The notes below the pieces were generated by a model. That model ran no database searches. It had not been told where the DNA came from and saw only the letters and a program-made list of their open reading frames with translations. This document shows, piece after piece, positions 1 to 14,956 of a stretch of 64,000 nt of DNA. The position numbers were made by a program, and so were the translations under genes. Positions within the stretch are counted from its first letter, which is position 1, and each line of letters begins with the position of its first letter. The DNA comes from the human T2T-CHM13v2.0 reference genome, Homo sapiens, in assembly GCF_009914755.1 (NCBI RefSeq), contig NC_060931.1; one strand, 5' to 3'.

Positions 1-105
1 GTCGAGGCTGAAGTGAGCAAAGATCACACCACACTCCAGCCTGCATGACAGAGTGAGGCCCTGTCTAAAAAACAAAACAAAACAAATCAAGACAAAAAAA
101 GAAAA
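1..105 (+). mobile_element. Alu 3' end (AluJ-like), cut by window edge
   Basis: gtcgaggctgaagtgagc...actccagcctg...gacagagtgag...ctgtct followed by an A-rich tail. Confidence 0.9.
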
Positions 106-199
106 CACAGAGAGAGAACTAAATAAATAAAAGTTCTACATATTTATCAGTGGAGGTCAGTTCGTTCTTATTAGTAAATTTTGATAGTATTTTATTGCT

Positions 200-800
<601 letters not shown>

Positions 801-1969
801 TCACTTTAACATCTTCCAGGGTCCCAGCTTACCACCTGGGTCCTGGTTTAGCTGCTTCTTGCTGCTGGCCCAAAGTTTAGTCTTGCAAAGTTATCTTGCT
901 GCACTTACATGTGTGGACATCTGCACTCAGGGCAACCCCATTTCCCCTGTATGGTTGTTTTTTCCCGTGGTTTCAGCTCACTTGGTACCTTGGAGATTTC
1001 ACTTATTTCCTGCAATCCCAGCTGTGCATGAGGAATCCTGCTTCCAGCAGGATAGACATGATCGTGACAAGACTTGTCAGGGTACCTAGGCTGTTACTTG
1101 CAGAAATGGAAGTCCCAGGAATTTTTTTACCATGAAAACACCCAGAAAAACAAACAGAGCTAGTAAGAGAATTCAGCAAGTTTACTGAAAGAGGCCAATA
1201 TAAAAAAATTCATATTATCCCTATACACCAGTAACAGCCAATTAGAAAATATAAAAGAAAAAAATCATTTATAATGATAATACTCTTTAAGATGCTTAGG
1301 AATAAATCTAGCAAAAGATATACAAGACCTTTAAGGAGAAAAAATTGCAAAAATATTATCAAAGGACATAAAAGAAGATATGAATAAATGGGAATTTTTA
1401 AATGCTCCTGGGTAATACCCGTGGGTTGGAAGATGCTATCATAAAGGTGTCAGCTCTTCTCAATTTAATCTATAACTTTAATACAACACAAATGAAAATT
1501 TCTGTAGAATTTTTTGTGGAACTTGGCAAGCTGATTCTAATATTAATGTGGAACAACAAAATGAAAAGAAGTGCTAATATAATTGTGAAGTGTGTGGGAA
1601 GGGGACTTTCCATACAAAATATGAAGATTTATTATAAGTTGTACTAGCTCAGACAGTGTGGTTTCAGCACAGGGACAGAAAAGTAGCTCTATGGATTTAA
1701 ATAGAGTCCAGAAAATAAACCTCGTCATATTTGGAAACTTGATATATGAGAGAGATTGCATTACATTTGTGGGGGAAAGAAGGACTATTTAATAAATAAT
1801 GCTGGGAGAAATTGTTATCTTTATGGGATAATAAATCTCCATAGATATTATACAAAAACTCTGTGTGGATTAAGGGCTTTAATGTGAAAAGCAAAACTTT
1901 ATAATTCTTAGAAGAAAATACATCATGATCGTGACATATCTTTGTGGCCTCAAGTTGGAAGGGGAAGGA

Positions 1970-2275
<306 letters not shown>

Positions 2276-2295
2276 TAAACAAGACACAGAAGCTC

Positions 2296-2606
2296 TTTTT
2301 TTTTTTTTTTTTTTTGAGACAGAGTCTCACTCTGTCACCCAGGCTGGAGTGCATTGGCATGATCTCGGCTCACTGCAACCTCCGTCCCCCAACCCCCCCG
2401 GGGTTCAAGCGATTCTCCTGCCTCAGCCTCCTGAGTAACTGGGATTACAGGCATGCATCACCATGCCTGGCTAATTTCCATATTTTTAACAGAGACGGGG
2501 TTTCACCATGTTGGCCAGGCTGGTCTAAACTCCTGACCTCAAGTAATCCACCCACCTTGGCCTCCCAAAGTGCTAGGATTACAGGCGTGAGCCTCCACGC
2601 CCAGCT
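2296..2606 (-). mobile_element. Alu (AluS)
   Basis: Full antisense Alu with poly-T; TSD agaagctctt on both sides. Confidence 0.95.
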
Positions 2607-3895
2607 AGAAGCTCTTAATTCAAAAAAATGATTGATACATTTGACTTCATTAAAATTTAGAACTTTAGCACAATAAAAGATACTATGAACTTAAAGACAA
2701 GACACAGATTGGAGAAAATTTTGCAATGCAAATAAGCAACAAATTAGCATCTAGTATATATTAAAAAGTCTTACAAAAGTTTTTTTGTTTTTTTTTTTAA
2801 ATTTGCATCACAAATGATGCAAACAGACATTTCAAAGAAGTGGAAGCCCAAATGGTCAATAAGCATCTGAAAAACTGCTTGACCTCAATAGTAATCAGGA
2901 AATTGCACATTAAATACACATCAAGATAGTATTGTTGGATATTAAACATTTAATATTAATTAACGTTTGCACTCTTAAGAGGGTAAACTGATATAACCAC
3001 TTTCGAGAGCAGCTTAGCAAAATCTAGCAGAGCTGAGGGGTATATCCCTACACCCAGCAATTCCACTATAGGCATATTCCCTAGGGAAGTTATTACACAT
3101 ATTCATAAAGAGACTGTGTACAGGAATGCCCATACTCCCCCAGCACTGTTTGTAATGATGAAAACTAGAATTACAGGAGAATGGATAAATTGTGATGTAT
3201 CCATATAGAGTGCAGTGCAGCAGTTAGAGTAAATGAACAAGAGCTACATATATCAATGTGGATGCCTCTAAACCCACAGGATCTAAATCAAGCAAGGCAG
3301 AAGAATACATACTGTATGATGCCATTTATAAAAAGTTTCAAAATATGTAAAAATATGCAAAACAATTCTATATATTGTTTATGGTTATAGTTACTATATA
3401 AATGTGTAGGAAATGTATAAAAATCTGGATGGGAAGTAAATACAACAACATGTTAAAAATTGATAAAAGCTGAATATTTGATAAGTGGGCACATTGGCAT
3501 TTTAATATATTATTCTCTTTACTTGTCTCAAGTTTTGAAATGTTTCATTTAAAGAAAGCATTCTGTAGCCGATGGAGAATGGATTCGAAGCAAGGGAGAC
3601 ACAGTGGTGGTTTTTGCAGTGGGATGGGTGGGAGAGGTGGTAGAGAGACGGGGAGGGAGGAGGGATTTTAAATTTGGCCCCGTGGATGTGGGTTTGTTGT
3701 TGTTGTTTTGTTTTGTTTTTGTCTTGAACAACTATGTGGATAGGGGAGGCTAAGTAAAAAGTTTTAAAGTGATAATTTCAAGTGTTGTCATTGGTGTGGG
3801 GAAATAGCACCCCAGTGCTGGTCTGGGCATAAATTGGCTCACTGGCTTTGCTGGCAATTCAGTGGTGACTCCACTGCTGGTCAAACCCATGTGCA

Positions 3896-4036
3896 GGCCA
3901 GGCACAGTGGCTCGAGCTTGTAATCCCAGCACTTTGGGAAGCTGAGGCAGGCAGATCATGTGAGGCCAGGAGTTCAAAACCAGCCCAGGTGGCAAAGTGA
4001 GACTCCATCTCTACAATCAATCAATCAATCAATCAA
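3896..4036 (+). mobile_element. FLAM (free left Alu monomer) with (CAAT)n tail
   Basis: Monomer ending gagactccatctcta + caat repeats; TSD acccatgtgcag/acccatgttcag. Confidence 0.85.
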
Positions 4037-4569
4037 TACCCATGTTCAGGGAGTCCCATGAATGGACATTCAGTGCAGCAGCAATCTCAATGTCCCACCA
4101 AAGAAGAATGGGTAAGCAGACTAGGTACATCCTTGGATTGGTGTCCGATGGTACCTGCCTTTTGTCTTTGCCAGACTGATGCCTTAGAATCTTGACTAGA
4201 CCCATGGCACAGGGAGTAGAACAGGAAAGTATCTGTTTCTAAGGTGCAGCAAATGATGATAAACCCCTAGGCTCGAATGCTGGGTATGGATGTTGGGAGT
4301 AGACACAGCCACCTCCAAACGGTGAGCCCAGAATCCTTTAATTTTCTAACCACGTGGCATCCTCACTCCTTACGGGACACTGTGAAAGGCAGGCACCCCC
4401 TTCCTATCCCACTGGGGTAGGGGTGGGGGCAGGTATAGAGTGTGGGGATGAGCCAGTTCTGTGCATTTGCACCATTAAGAAGCCTTGAAAGAAAACGTAG
4501 TCAAGTCCAAATTCCTCTCTCCAACCCTTGAAACTGGGCAGTTTGCCAGTGTCTAGCCTCTCACCCTAC

Positions 4570-5080
4570 CTAGCAGTTATAGGAAATGAGTTAGAACAAA
4601 TATATAGCAACATGGGTAGATCTCAGCAAATCATAAGGAGTGAAAAAAGCATGATGCTGAATGAAAGGTGCAGCATGACACTGGTTTATGTAAATAAAAA
4701 CCGCATAACAAAGTTGCATAATTTCTGTAGACACAATTATGTACCTGAAACGCAGTTTTTAAGATTGGAAAGAACTCATCAAATTCACGAGAATGTTTCT
4801 CCTGGTGGTGGGAAGGGATCAGGATGGGAAGGTGGTGGAGGTCAGGCGAGATGAGTGGAGGTGGTGGAGGTCAGCTTTATTCATTATGACTAAAATTTTT
4901 TTGTTAAGGGACACTGTATTCTTATTTATATACTTCCAAAAAGTATAAACATAAAATACAAGACAGAGGAGCAAAAATGCCAAAATGTTATACAGAGGTA
5001 ATTTCTTGGGCAGGAGAGTACAGATAATGGCATCTTTATCTTTGTACTTTTTTGTATTAATTTAACTTAAAACCTTAACC
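4570..5080 (+). mobile_element. L1ME 3' UTR fragments
   Basis: aacatgggtagatctc...gagtgaaaaaagc motif typical of old L1 3' ends. Confidence 0.55.
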
Positions 5081-5379
5081 ATTTGCTATTCAGAGAGGTT
5101 ATGAAGATCAATTAAGATCTTAGACATAAACTGTCCTGTGGACTAAACAGTGCTTTATAATGAGAGTCCCCAATAATTGTTTGCTGATTTGAAAAAGTAA
5201 GTGGAGATAGAGACGTGGCAATAACTGCTTTGGAGAAGTCTTGCAGTGAAGACTTGCAGAAGACGCTGGTCTTCTGCCTTGCTGGGGAGGAGGAGGTGGG
5301 TGTGGTGAGCATGGGGATGGAGGCGTGTCCTGGGTGGGGTGGGAATGGGCTTGACTGCTGTCAAGAACCCAGACTTTAT

Positions 5380-5840
<461 letters not shown>

Positions 5841-7329
5841 CACTGACCCAGCCCCAACCACATTAAGAGTTTAGAATTTCATCCCCTGCTTTTCTGGGCT
5901 TTGAGGGGGTATAGAAAGGTTGGGGGACATGGAAGGGTTGTGTGGAAAACCACATGGTGGATTGCACCAAGCATCACCCCTGCTGGTGGTCACCCGGCTG
6001 GGGGGAATGCTGGCGGAATGGGCAGCGAGCGGACCTGGGTATAGGTGGTAGCAATAACTGTTAGAATGGAAGAGAGGCCCTCCCAGGCGACGACTCTGCT
6101 TTCATCAGGGGCTAGGCTTCACATAATCCTTCTTTAGTGGTCTTTGCTAGGTCTACCCTCTGATCTCTTTTCAGGCTGGGCCCCTCCTCTTAGGAAATTG
6201 CCTTCTCAGGAAATCCCTTCTCCCTCCTCATTTATTTCATAATAATACTTGAGAGTTCATTAACCCCAGGGAATGAATCAGCCTAAAACTCATTCCCCTT
6301 TCTGGGAAGATTTAAGCCTACAGCCCCTCCAGGGCAGTAAAGGGAGGCAAAGAGAAGACCGTCTGAACTCTCACTTCTGAAGCAAAAGGAACCAGGATGG
6401 TACAATGCCTGGTGCATTGCAAGTGCCCATTAGATTATAGCAAAAGTGCCCTCCTACAAATCTTGGATAAGCAATATATGAATAGGTATCTAACAAACTG
6501 GAACATTGCTGATTTAAACAGGTTTATTGCAGGAATTGTTTGGACCTCTCAATTCTATGCACCTTGTGAATTTCCAAGGAGAAATTTAATAGGAGAACTG
6601 TATACAGTTCTCCAAAACTTCCTGGACTATGGGGCTTTTGTTCAAAGAACACCTGTAAGTCTCCTGTAGAACTAGAGTCTCAGGAACGCTGTTATGGAAA
6701 TTGGATTACTAGGTAAATAGGTTATATGATTCAATTCCAACAATTTTTATCACCATTCTTTGCTATCTCAAGCCTTGGGCTAGGTGTGGGACTGTGCCCC
6801 AATTCCAAAGCACCCGATTTTATCCTTCATCATGGGGGTAGGAAGGACAGGGGTCTCATATTTTAGCCACCTAGAGAACTTCTTCAACTCACATCTCCTC
6901 CACCTCCATCTCTACCTTCCCCTCCTCACTTGTCTAAGAGCCAGGAGACCTGGGTTGTCCTGCACTCTCCCCTCAATCCCTAACACGAGGGCTGGTACAA
7001 AGTTAGTGCTCAGTACATGCTGGTTTAACCATTAACACAGTTCTTCACCTTGTACCCTCACTTTTACATATTTAAAAGTATTTTCTTAGTTTAAGGATGG
7101 GGTAAATTAAAGCTCCTCAGGTTTGACAAATGGGTGATTGTGTTTTGCTAGTAAGGAGAAATGTTTATTAACTTTCATTTAATAAACAATTTTAGACATA
7201 GATAAAAGCAGAGAAAATTGTTTAACGAACCCAGTGAGGGGGTTTTGCTCTCAGTTAGGCTAGCTTCTACCTTCCCGAGTGGGGCTTACCAGCCAGAGTT
7301 TTTGGGCTATGTTTTTTAATTCAATGAAA

Positions 7330-7780
7330 ATTTTTATTTTGAGATCATTGCAGAGTCACACGCTTTTGTAAGAAATGACACAGAGAGATTTCACATGCCA
7401 TTTATCCACTTCCCCCAATGGTCACATCTTGCAAAACCACAGATACAAGATGTATCTTTCAATGTAGGCAAGCTACATTGAAACAATCTACCAATCTTAC
7501 TCCAGTTTCCAGTTTCGCTTGTACTCTCCGTGTTCCTGTGTGTGCACGCGTGTTTAAGTACACACCACTTTCTTACCATGCACGCGTGTTTAGGTCCACA
7601 GCACTTTATCACCGTGCACACGTGTTTAGGTCCACAGCACATTATCACCATGCACGCGTGTTTAGGTCCACAGCACATTATCACATGTGTAGGCTCTTAT
7701 ATCCACCACCACAGTTAAGATACAGAACAGTTCTACCATCACCAGGATACGCCCCTTCCTCCTCCTTCAACCCCAATCAG
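7330..7780 (-). mobile_element. L1MC-type 3' end carrying an internal minisatellite
   Basis: tttattttgagat...gtaagaaat...cagagagat...ttcccccaatggt...atcttgcaaaac matches antisense L1MC 3' end. Confidence 0.75.
7544..7685. repeat. Minisatellite, 36-bp unit x ~4
   Basis: Unit gcacgcgtgtttaggtccacagcac(a/t)ttatcacc(a/g)t. Confidence 0.95.
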
Positions 7781-8571
7781 GGGTTTTTGAGTGAGTGACG
7801 TGAGAGACTAAGAAGAGCGTGGGAAAAATGAGGCAAGACCATTGAGGCACCTGGAGCAGAGAAAGAGACTTCCCAGAAAGAACAGAAAAGTTGAAAGAGG
7901 ATTTCCAGTTTTTGCTGTGCAATGAGTGATATGCCTCCACAATTCCCCCACAAAATCTAGACTCAGCCATCAATCCATTTGGAGTTGGATTTGGTTATAA
8001 GCAGGGGGTGGGTACTGAAGTGCCAGGTCTGGTGGGAATTCTTGATCAGGTTCAAGTTAAATCTCACTTGATCCTCATCACTATCTAGAAAGGGATGAGC
8101 AAGAAATAATATCTCCATTATTGAGAGGACAAAAAAGATTGAACAAAAATGATAAGCCTGAGGTCACACACAGCTTGTAAGTAACAGCCTCTGAAAAAAT
8201 CCAGGTGTGGAGACATCCTACTCCCTGGACTTCAAGTCAAGCTTGGTTAAGTCCGTCAAGATGCAAACTGAAACCAACTCAAAATATGGTCCAGCTGCAG
8301 CTCCTGCTTCCTTCACACCTACTCCTTTGCAGCAGTCCTTTGCAGTAAATGGCACCATCATTGAATTATCCTGGACTCCGCTGTCTCTCACCCCCGTGCC
8401 TTGTACGTCAGTGTGTCCTGTGCCCCAGCCCCAAAGCACATCTTGAATCCTCTCATCACCTTCACCACAGCTACCCAAGTCGAGCCTTCATGCCCTTCTG
8501 ATGGTTTCTTTTGCAAAAGCCTCCTAAACAGTTTCTCTGCTTCAGCTATCATTCTGCCTGAGTGATCCAAA

Positions 8572-9215
<644 letters not shown>

Positions 9216-9437
9216 TCTCAATCTCCTCCAGGGGCCTCCCGTTCCTCTTACAGGGTAACCCGAAGTCCTTGCTTTGGCCTAAAGGCCTGTGCCACTCTGA
9301 CTTATCTCCCGCTTCTCCCCTGCATCACTGCACTACACTCGTGCTTTGGGTCGCCTTCTCTCCCTATTGATTTTATATACGAGGCTGTTTCCCTCTCAGG
9401 CCTCTGAGCCACTGCCTCTCTGGCTGGAGTGCTCGTG

Positions 9438-9817
9438 GGAAATTATGTCAATCTAGGATACAGAAGTCTCCCTTCTAGGGAAATAGACACACAACTCCTA
9501 GGCTAAGAAAGGCGTCATTCTCCCCAGGTTTTGGTTGAAATGGATCGGCCTCACCTATTCAGAAGGGCCTTCCCTGTCCACTCCTTCCCTCAGCCATTCT
9601 GTCTCAGTCCCTGTTTATTTCCTTCATTGCACTTTTGTCCTCATGCTTATTGTCTGACACCCCCACCAGGACATAAGCTCCATCTGGGCAGAACATTTAT
9701 TAAATGCTCAATGAATGTTTGTTGAGGAATGAATGAATGAGGCCTTTCTTAGCCTAGGAGTTGTGTATCTATTTCCCTAGAAGGGAGACTTCTGTATCCT
9801 AGATTGAAATAATTTCC
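9438..9817. repeat. Inverted repeat, 83-bp arms (9438-9520, 9735-9817), 214-bp spacer
   Basis: Reverse complement of the right arm equals the left arm at 80/83 positions with no gaps. Confidence 0.97.
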
Positions 9818-9826
9818 ATCAATTCC

Positions 9827-10124
9827 GGCTGGGTATGGTGGCTCACATCTGCAATCTCAATACTTTGGGAGGCCGAGGTGGACAGATTGCTTAAGTCCAG
9901 GAGTTGGAGACCAGCTTGGGCAACATGGTGAAACCTTGTCTCTACAAAAAATACAAAAAGTAGCTGGGCATGGTAGCATGCATCTGTGATCCCAGCTACT
10001 TGGGAGGCTGAGGTGAGAGGATCACTTGTGCCCAGGAGTCAAGGCTGTCTGCAGTGAGCTGTGATCATGCCACTGAACTCCAGCCTAGGCAACAGAGCTG
10101 GACTCTGTCTCGGAAAAAAAAAAA
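9827..10124 (+). mobile_element. Alu (AluJ)
   Basis: Full sense Alu; TSD ccatcaattcc/ccatcagttcc. Confidence 0.95.
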
Positions 10125-10509
10125 TCCCATCAGTTCCTCCTCAGTGTTTTACTCTCCTCTTGCATTCACTGCTGTTATTAACCACCAGGAGTTCCTTTTC
10201 CAAATGTGTTGTCAGCCTAAAGGTCATTATGCAAGGAAGCAAGGAGACAGCTGCAACTTAACCAGTGTAAGGAAGAAAGGTTTCCCCTTCTCAGCAGGTG
10301 AAGGGGCCCCTTTCTTCTAGTATAAAAAGCCCCAATCTGTATTAACAAAAAAGATTAGTCATGTCAACATCCAAGTTTAGTGACTGTCACAAATACAGAA
10401 AGTTTCAACTCACCTATTTTTCTAAGTAACAGGAAACAGCCTCAGCTAATAAATACAACAGACAGCAATGTACACACGGTAAGGCTGGGGTGTAACTATT
10501 TGAAAGGCT

Positions 10510-10890
10510 CAGTCACCAGGCCAGATTGGCTAGATTATGCTGCAAAACAAAGCAATAGCCAAATCTCAGTGTCTGAAAACAACCCAGGTTTGTTTTATGC
10601 TGTCATTACACCTCCATCAGGGGCTGACAGGGCCATCGGACACGGGGACACTCAGGGATTCAGGACGGTGGAGCAGCTGCATCTTGAATGTTGCCGGTTG
10701 CCGTGCTGGAAAGAGACCTCTGGATGTTCTCACATCAGCAGCTGGAGGAGTGCAGGCGGCCAACCAGATCAGTGATGTGGGCCCAGCCCCAATCACAAGA
10801 GACAGGCCATGCAATCCCGTCTTGTGCCTGGAAGGCAGAGAGGAGAGGGCTGGGAGTATTTGATGAACGGCAGTAATGACAACCACACAG
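10510..10890 (-). mobile_element. MLT1 (MLT1K-like) MaLR LTR
   Basis: ggctagattatgctgcaaaacaa...aaatctcagtg...aaaacaac...ggtttg matches the antisense MLT1 end. Confidence 0.7.
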
Positions 10891-11524
10891 TGGGAAGAAA
10901 ATGCGTTCCCTTTAGAGGCAAGACAAGACCGGGGTAGGAGAGGAGAGGACGAGAAAGATGGGAGCTGGGAAAGTAAGATCTTGTAGGTGCTTCCACAGCC
11001 ACCCACCACAAGTCCTGTGTCACTGTGGCTAACAATCTGGTCACGTGCTCTTGTTCAGTTGAGCTGTAAATTCCTGTGTGTCATCTATTGTCATGGTGTT
11101 TGAAAAGCTGATTATGCACTATTCGTAGCTCTTCAACTACTCTTTGCTCTTAAACATGTATAGCACCCTTCTAAATAGGTAAGTTACCGCAGTCCTCCTC
11201 AGGTAAGATTATCCTCCAAGCTCTTGCTTCAGTGAGCAGAGGCATATAATTGCCGGGGACATACCAAGCTGAGACATGAACTCCGTAACAAACAGTTGCA
11301 CACAACATTTCACACATGGTAGCTTTAAAGACTGTGAATGAATCCAAGACGACTCCGATGTTCTTCAGGGCTAACCCTAAGACCTCTTTTCAATTCATGT
11401 CCAGTTGGGTCAGTATCTTTGTTTGCATCAGTGCTGTCTAACAGAAACTTCTGCAATAATTGCAATATTCTCTGCACCATCTAATGTGGTAGTCCCTAGC
11501 CACACCGGGCTACAGAACACTTGA

Positions 11525-11875
<351 letters not shown>

Positions 11876-11920
11876 TATTTTATTTAATTTTAAATAATTA
11901 AAATTTAAATAGCCACATGT

Positions 11921-12230
11921 GGCCGGACGTGGTGATTTACGCCTGTAATCCTAGTACTTTGAGAGGCTGAGGTGAGAGGATTGTTTGTGCTCAGGAGTTT
12001 GAGACCAGCATGGGCAACACAGTGAGACCTCGTCTCTACTAAAAATCAGGACAGTCAGCCAGGTGTGGTGGTGCATGCCTGTAGTCCCAGTTACTTGGCA
12101 GGCTGAGGCGGGAGGATCTCTTGAGCCCAGGAGGTCAAGGCTGCAGCAAGCTGTGGTCACGCCACTGTACTCCAACCTGGGCAACAGAGTGAGACCCTGT
12201 TTCAAAAAAATAATAATAATAAGATAAAAC
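11921..12230 (+). mobile_element. Alu (AluJ)
   Basis: Full Alu; TSD aaatagccacatg at 11907-11919 and 12231-12243. Confidence 0.95.
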
Positions 12231-12849
12231 AAATAGCCACATGCGGCTAGTGGCTACCATACAGGACAGTGCAGCTTTGGAGTAAGAAGGAAAATCAGAG
12301 CTTTGTATTCAGCCCTATCTTTGCTATGGCAAGAAAAAGATAGCTGTGTGCCAGGAAGACCAATGTAAATGCCGGCTCTGGTGTGTTTGGTTTCAACATT
12401 TTCTTGTGACTTACACTGCCCTGCTCACAGTCTCCCATCCAGGGAAGGTGTCTAGACTGTTCCTTGCAGAAGAGTGGCCTCTAATTGGATAGAGAGGTGG
12501 ACTGCTGACCAAAAGGCATTCTTCTATTCACCGGTTGGCCAGAGTGAAAGAAGGTGGCCTATGATGGTGTCTCTGAAGGGAGCAGTGACGATTGGCTGAG
12601 TCTATCAGGTTGCTTTCTTTAGAATTTTTAAAGGTTTAGCCAATCAGCAGTGAGAAGAGAGAAACAGAAACAAGGAAATTATGGCTGAGAGACCTGGGTC
12701 CCTGACTGCTGTCGTGTCTTAATCCCAGCTCCCAACCACCTGTAACCCTAAACAAACATGCAAATAAAATACCCTTTCCCTTAAGTCGGATGGAAGGACT
12801 GCTTGCTCTTTGTTTCAAAAGAAATTAAGTAACTAAGATTCCTCCAACT

Positions 12850-13087
12850 CAGGGTATCTCAGCCTGGGCACTATTGACATTTGGGGCCAGATAATTCTTT
12901 GTCGTGGGGACAGTCCTATTAATTGCAGGATGCCCAGACATCCCTGGCCTCTACCCACCAGGTGCCAGTAGCACCCCACACCCACCCACCACCAGTTCTG
13001 ATAACCAAAAAATGCATCCAGACGGTGTCCAATGTCCCAGGGTGGGAGTGGATGGGAGCAAAAATCTTCCACCCTTGAGAATCAGTT
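12850..13087. mobile_element. MER20 hAT MITE
   Basis: ggcactattgacatttggggccagataattctttgt...catccctggcctctacccac...gccagtagcacc. Confidence 0.9.
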
Positions 13088-13529
13088 CTCTAACTGTATC
13101 CCAAATCCACCTCCTCGGGCCTTCTTAGGAGGAAAAGATAAGAGCAGCAGTTTATTCCTAGCAGAATCACAGCTCTCCCTCCTTCTCTTCTCCAGGCTAA
13201 ATAAAGATAGCTTTTTTAGTCTTTTTCCTAGACTCTGTTTCACAGATACTGATGGAGACATCTAAAGATGAGACTTGGAACCATTTGGTTGGGAGGGACT
13301 CTTCTCTTACTGTACCTATTTATAGAGCCGGGGGTGGGGTGGGCAGAAACATCTGTGCAGCCCTGTGACAGTGGAAGCTCCCTGGTCAAGGAAGTGGCCG
13401 TGCTAGAAAGGAGCATCTCCAAGCTCCGCACTGGGCTGAGTGGCAAACGGCTGATTTATAAGAAGTGGGGAAGCGATCCTCTGAGGCCAGCAGGAGTTGT
13501 CTCTTACCATCCCTCGGAGCATTCCAACT

Positions 13530-14285
13530 GTTTCGGGGCTCTCTCCACTGGTATTCTCAGGGACACCTCAAACTAAATCAAAATAGAACTGCTTGTCTTC
13601 TTTCTCAGATCCATGCTTTTGCCAGTATTTTCCACTGTGGCCACCCACTTTCTCAAATTGAAAGTCCGAGGGTCTCCTTGTCTCATCCCTCTCCCTCACT
13701 GTCACATCTAACCCAACACTGAGTGCTCCAAATTCTTCCTCCTTGAATCTGCCCCTCCCTCCATTCCCTCCACCATGATTTTTGTCCCTGGATTATTTGA
13801 TCAGCCTTTGAACTATTCAAATTGTCTCATTTCTCCCCTGCTCCCATCCACTCTGCACACTGCAGCCAATATGATCTTTAAAAAATGTATGAATCTGTTT
13901 CATGCCTGTTTAAAACCCTCCAGTTGCTACCTATTGTCTTAGGATGAGATCAGAAGTTCTCAACAGTGCAAGGCTCCCCGGGATAGGCCTGCTCTGCATC
14001 CAAGTCTCACCTCCTTTCACTCTTCCTCCCAAGGGATCGCTCCAGCCCCCATGGTCTTTGTTCAGCTCCTCAAAGATGCTATGCCCAGTGTGGACTCAGG
14101 GCCTTTGCACATCCGGGCTCTGTGCACATCCATCCTCCATCTCCTCCTCTGGAGAACTCCTAGCTATTCTTCAGGTCTCTTCAGTTTAGATCACCTCCTA
14201 AGAAGACCTTGCTAAGGAGGCCTTAGGAAGTCCAACCAGGTTCAATCCCCTTGTCATACCCTCTCGTAGAACCATGTAATTTTAT
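13530..14285 (+). mobile_element. L2 LINE
   Basis: cacctcaaact, tccactctgcacactgcagcc, ctcagggcctttgcaca motifs. Confidence 0.8.
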
Positions 14286-14286
14286 T

Positions 14287-14630
14287 GTCTAAAGTTAGGT
14301 CCCCCCAAAACAAAGTATGGGTTAAAGACTTGAGAACAGGTCATGTATTGGAGATGCAAGCACAGAAATCAAGAGTACAGAAATGGGGAGAGATGGAGAA
14401 GGAGGAGAGGCCCGTGGAAGGGAAGGGGGTGTTACTAAGGTTGCTGGGTTTACAAGGAGGCTGACTACTCCAGGACTCTCTCCTGTCATTTCCAAGAGGG
14501 CTCACACAGAGTTGGAGAAGAACCCGGGGCAGGAAATGAAAACCTGTCAGTGCACAAGCTTCAAGGGGGCGACTTATGGCAAGTGATGAATTTGTGCTCA
14601 TGCGGGACTGTCCACCACAGCCATGGCCGA
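14287..14630. mobile_element. Possible ERVL LTR fragment (LTR16/LTR33-like)
   Basis: Weak resemblance only (tgtctaaagttaggtcccc...gacttgag...tattggaga). Confidence 0.35.
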
Positions 14631-14635
14631 AATCA

Positions 14636-14956
<321 letters not shown>

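Noticed and set aside
4829-4875. Tiny duplications (aggtggtggaggtcag x2; similar ones near 38790, 46320 and 59060)
   Set aside because: Ordinary slippage products of 10-16 bp with no sign of function.
7544-7685. 36-bp repeats as a CRISPR array or zinc-finger-like C/H-rich peptide
   Set aside because: Head-to-tail units without spacers in a primate L1 context; the peptide pattern is a by-product of the repeat.
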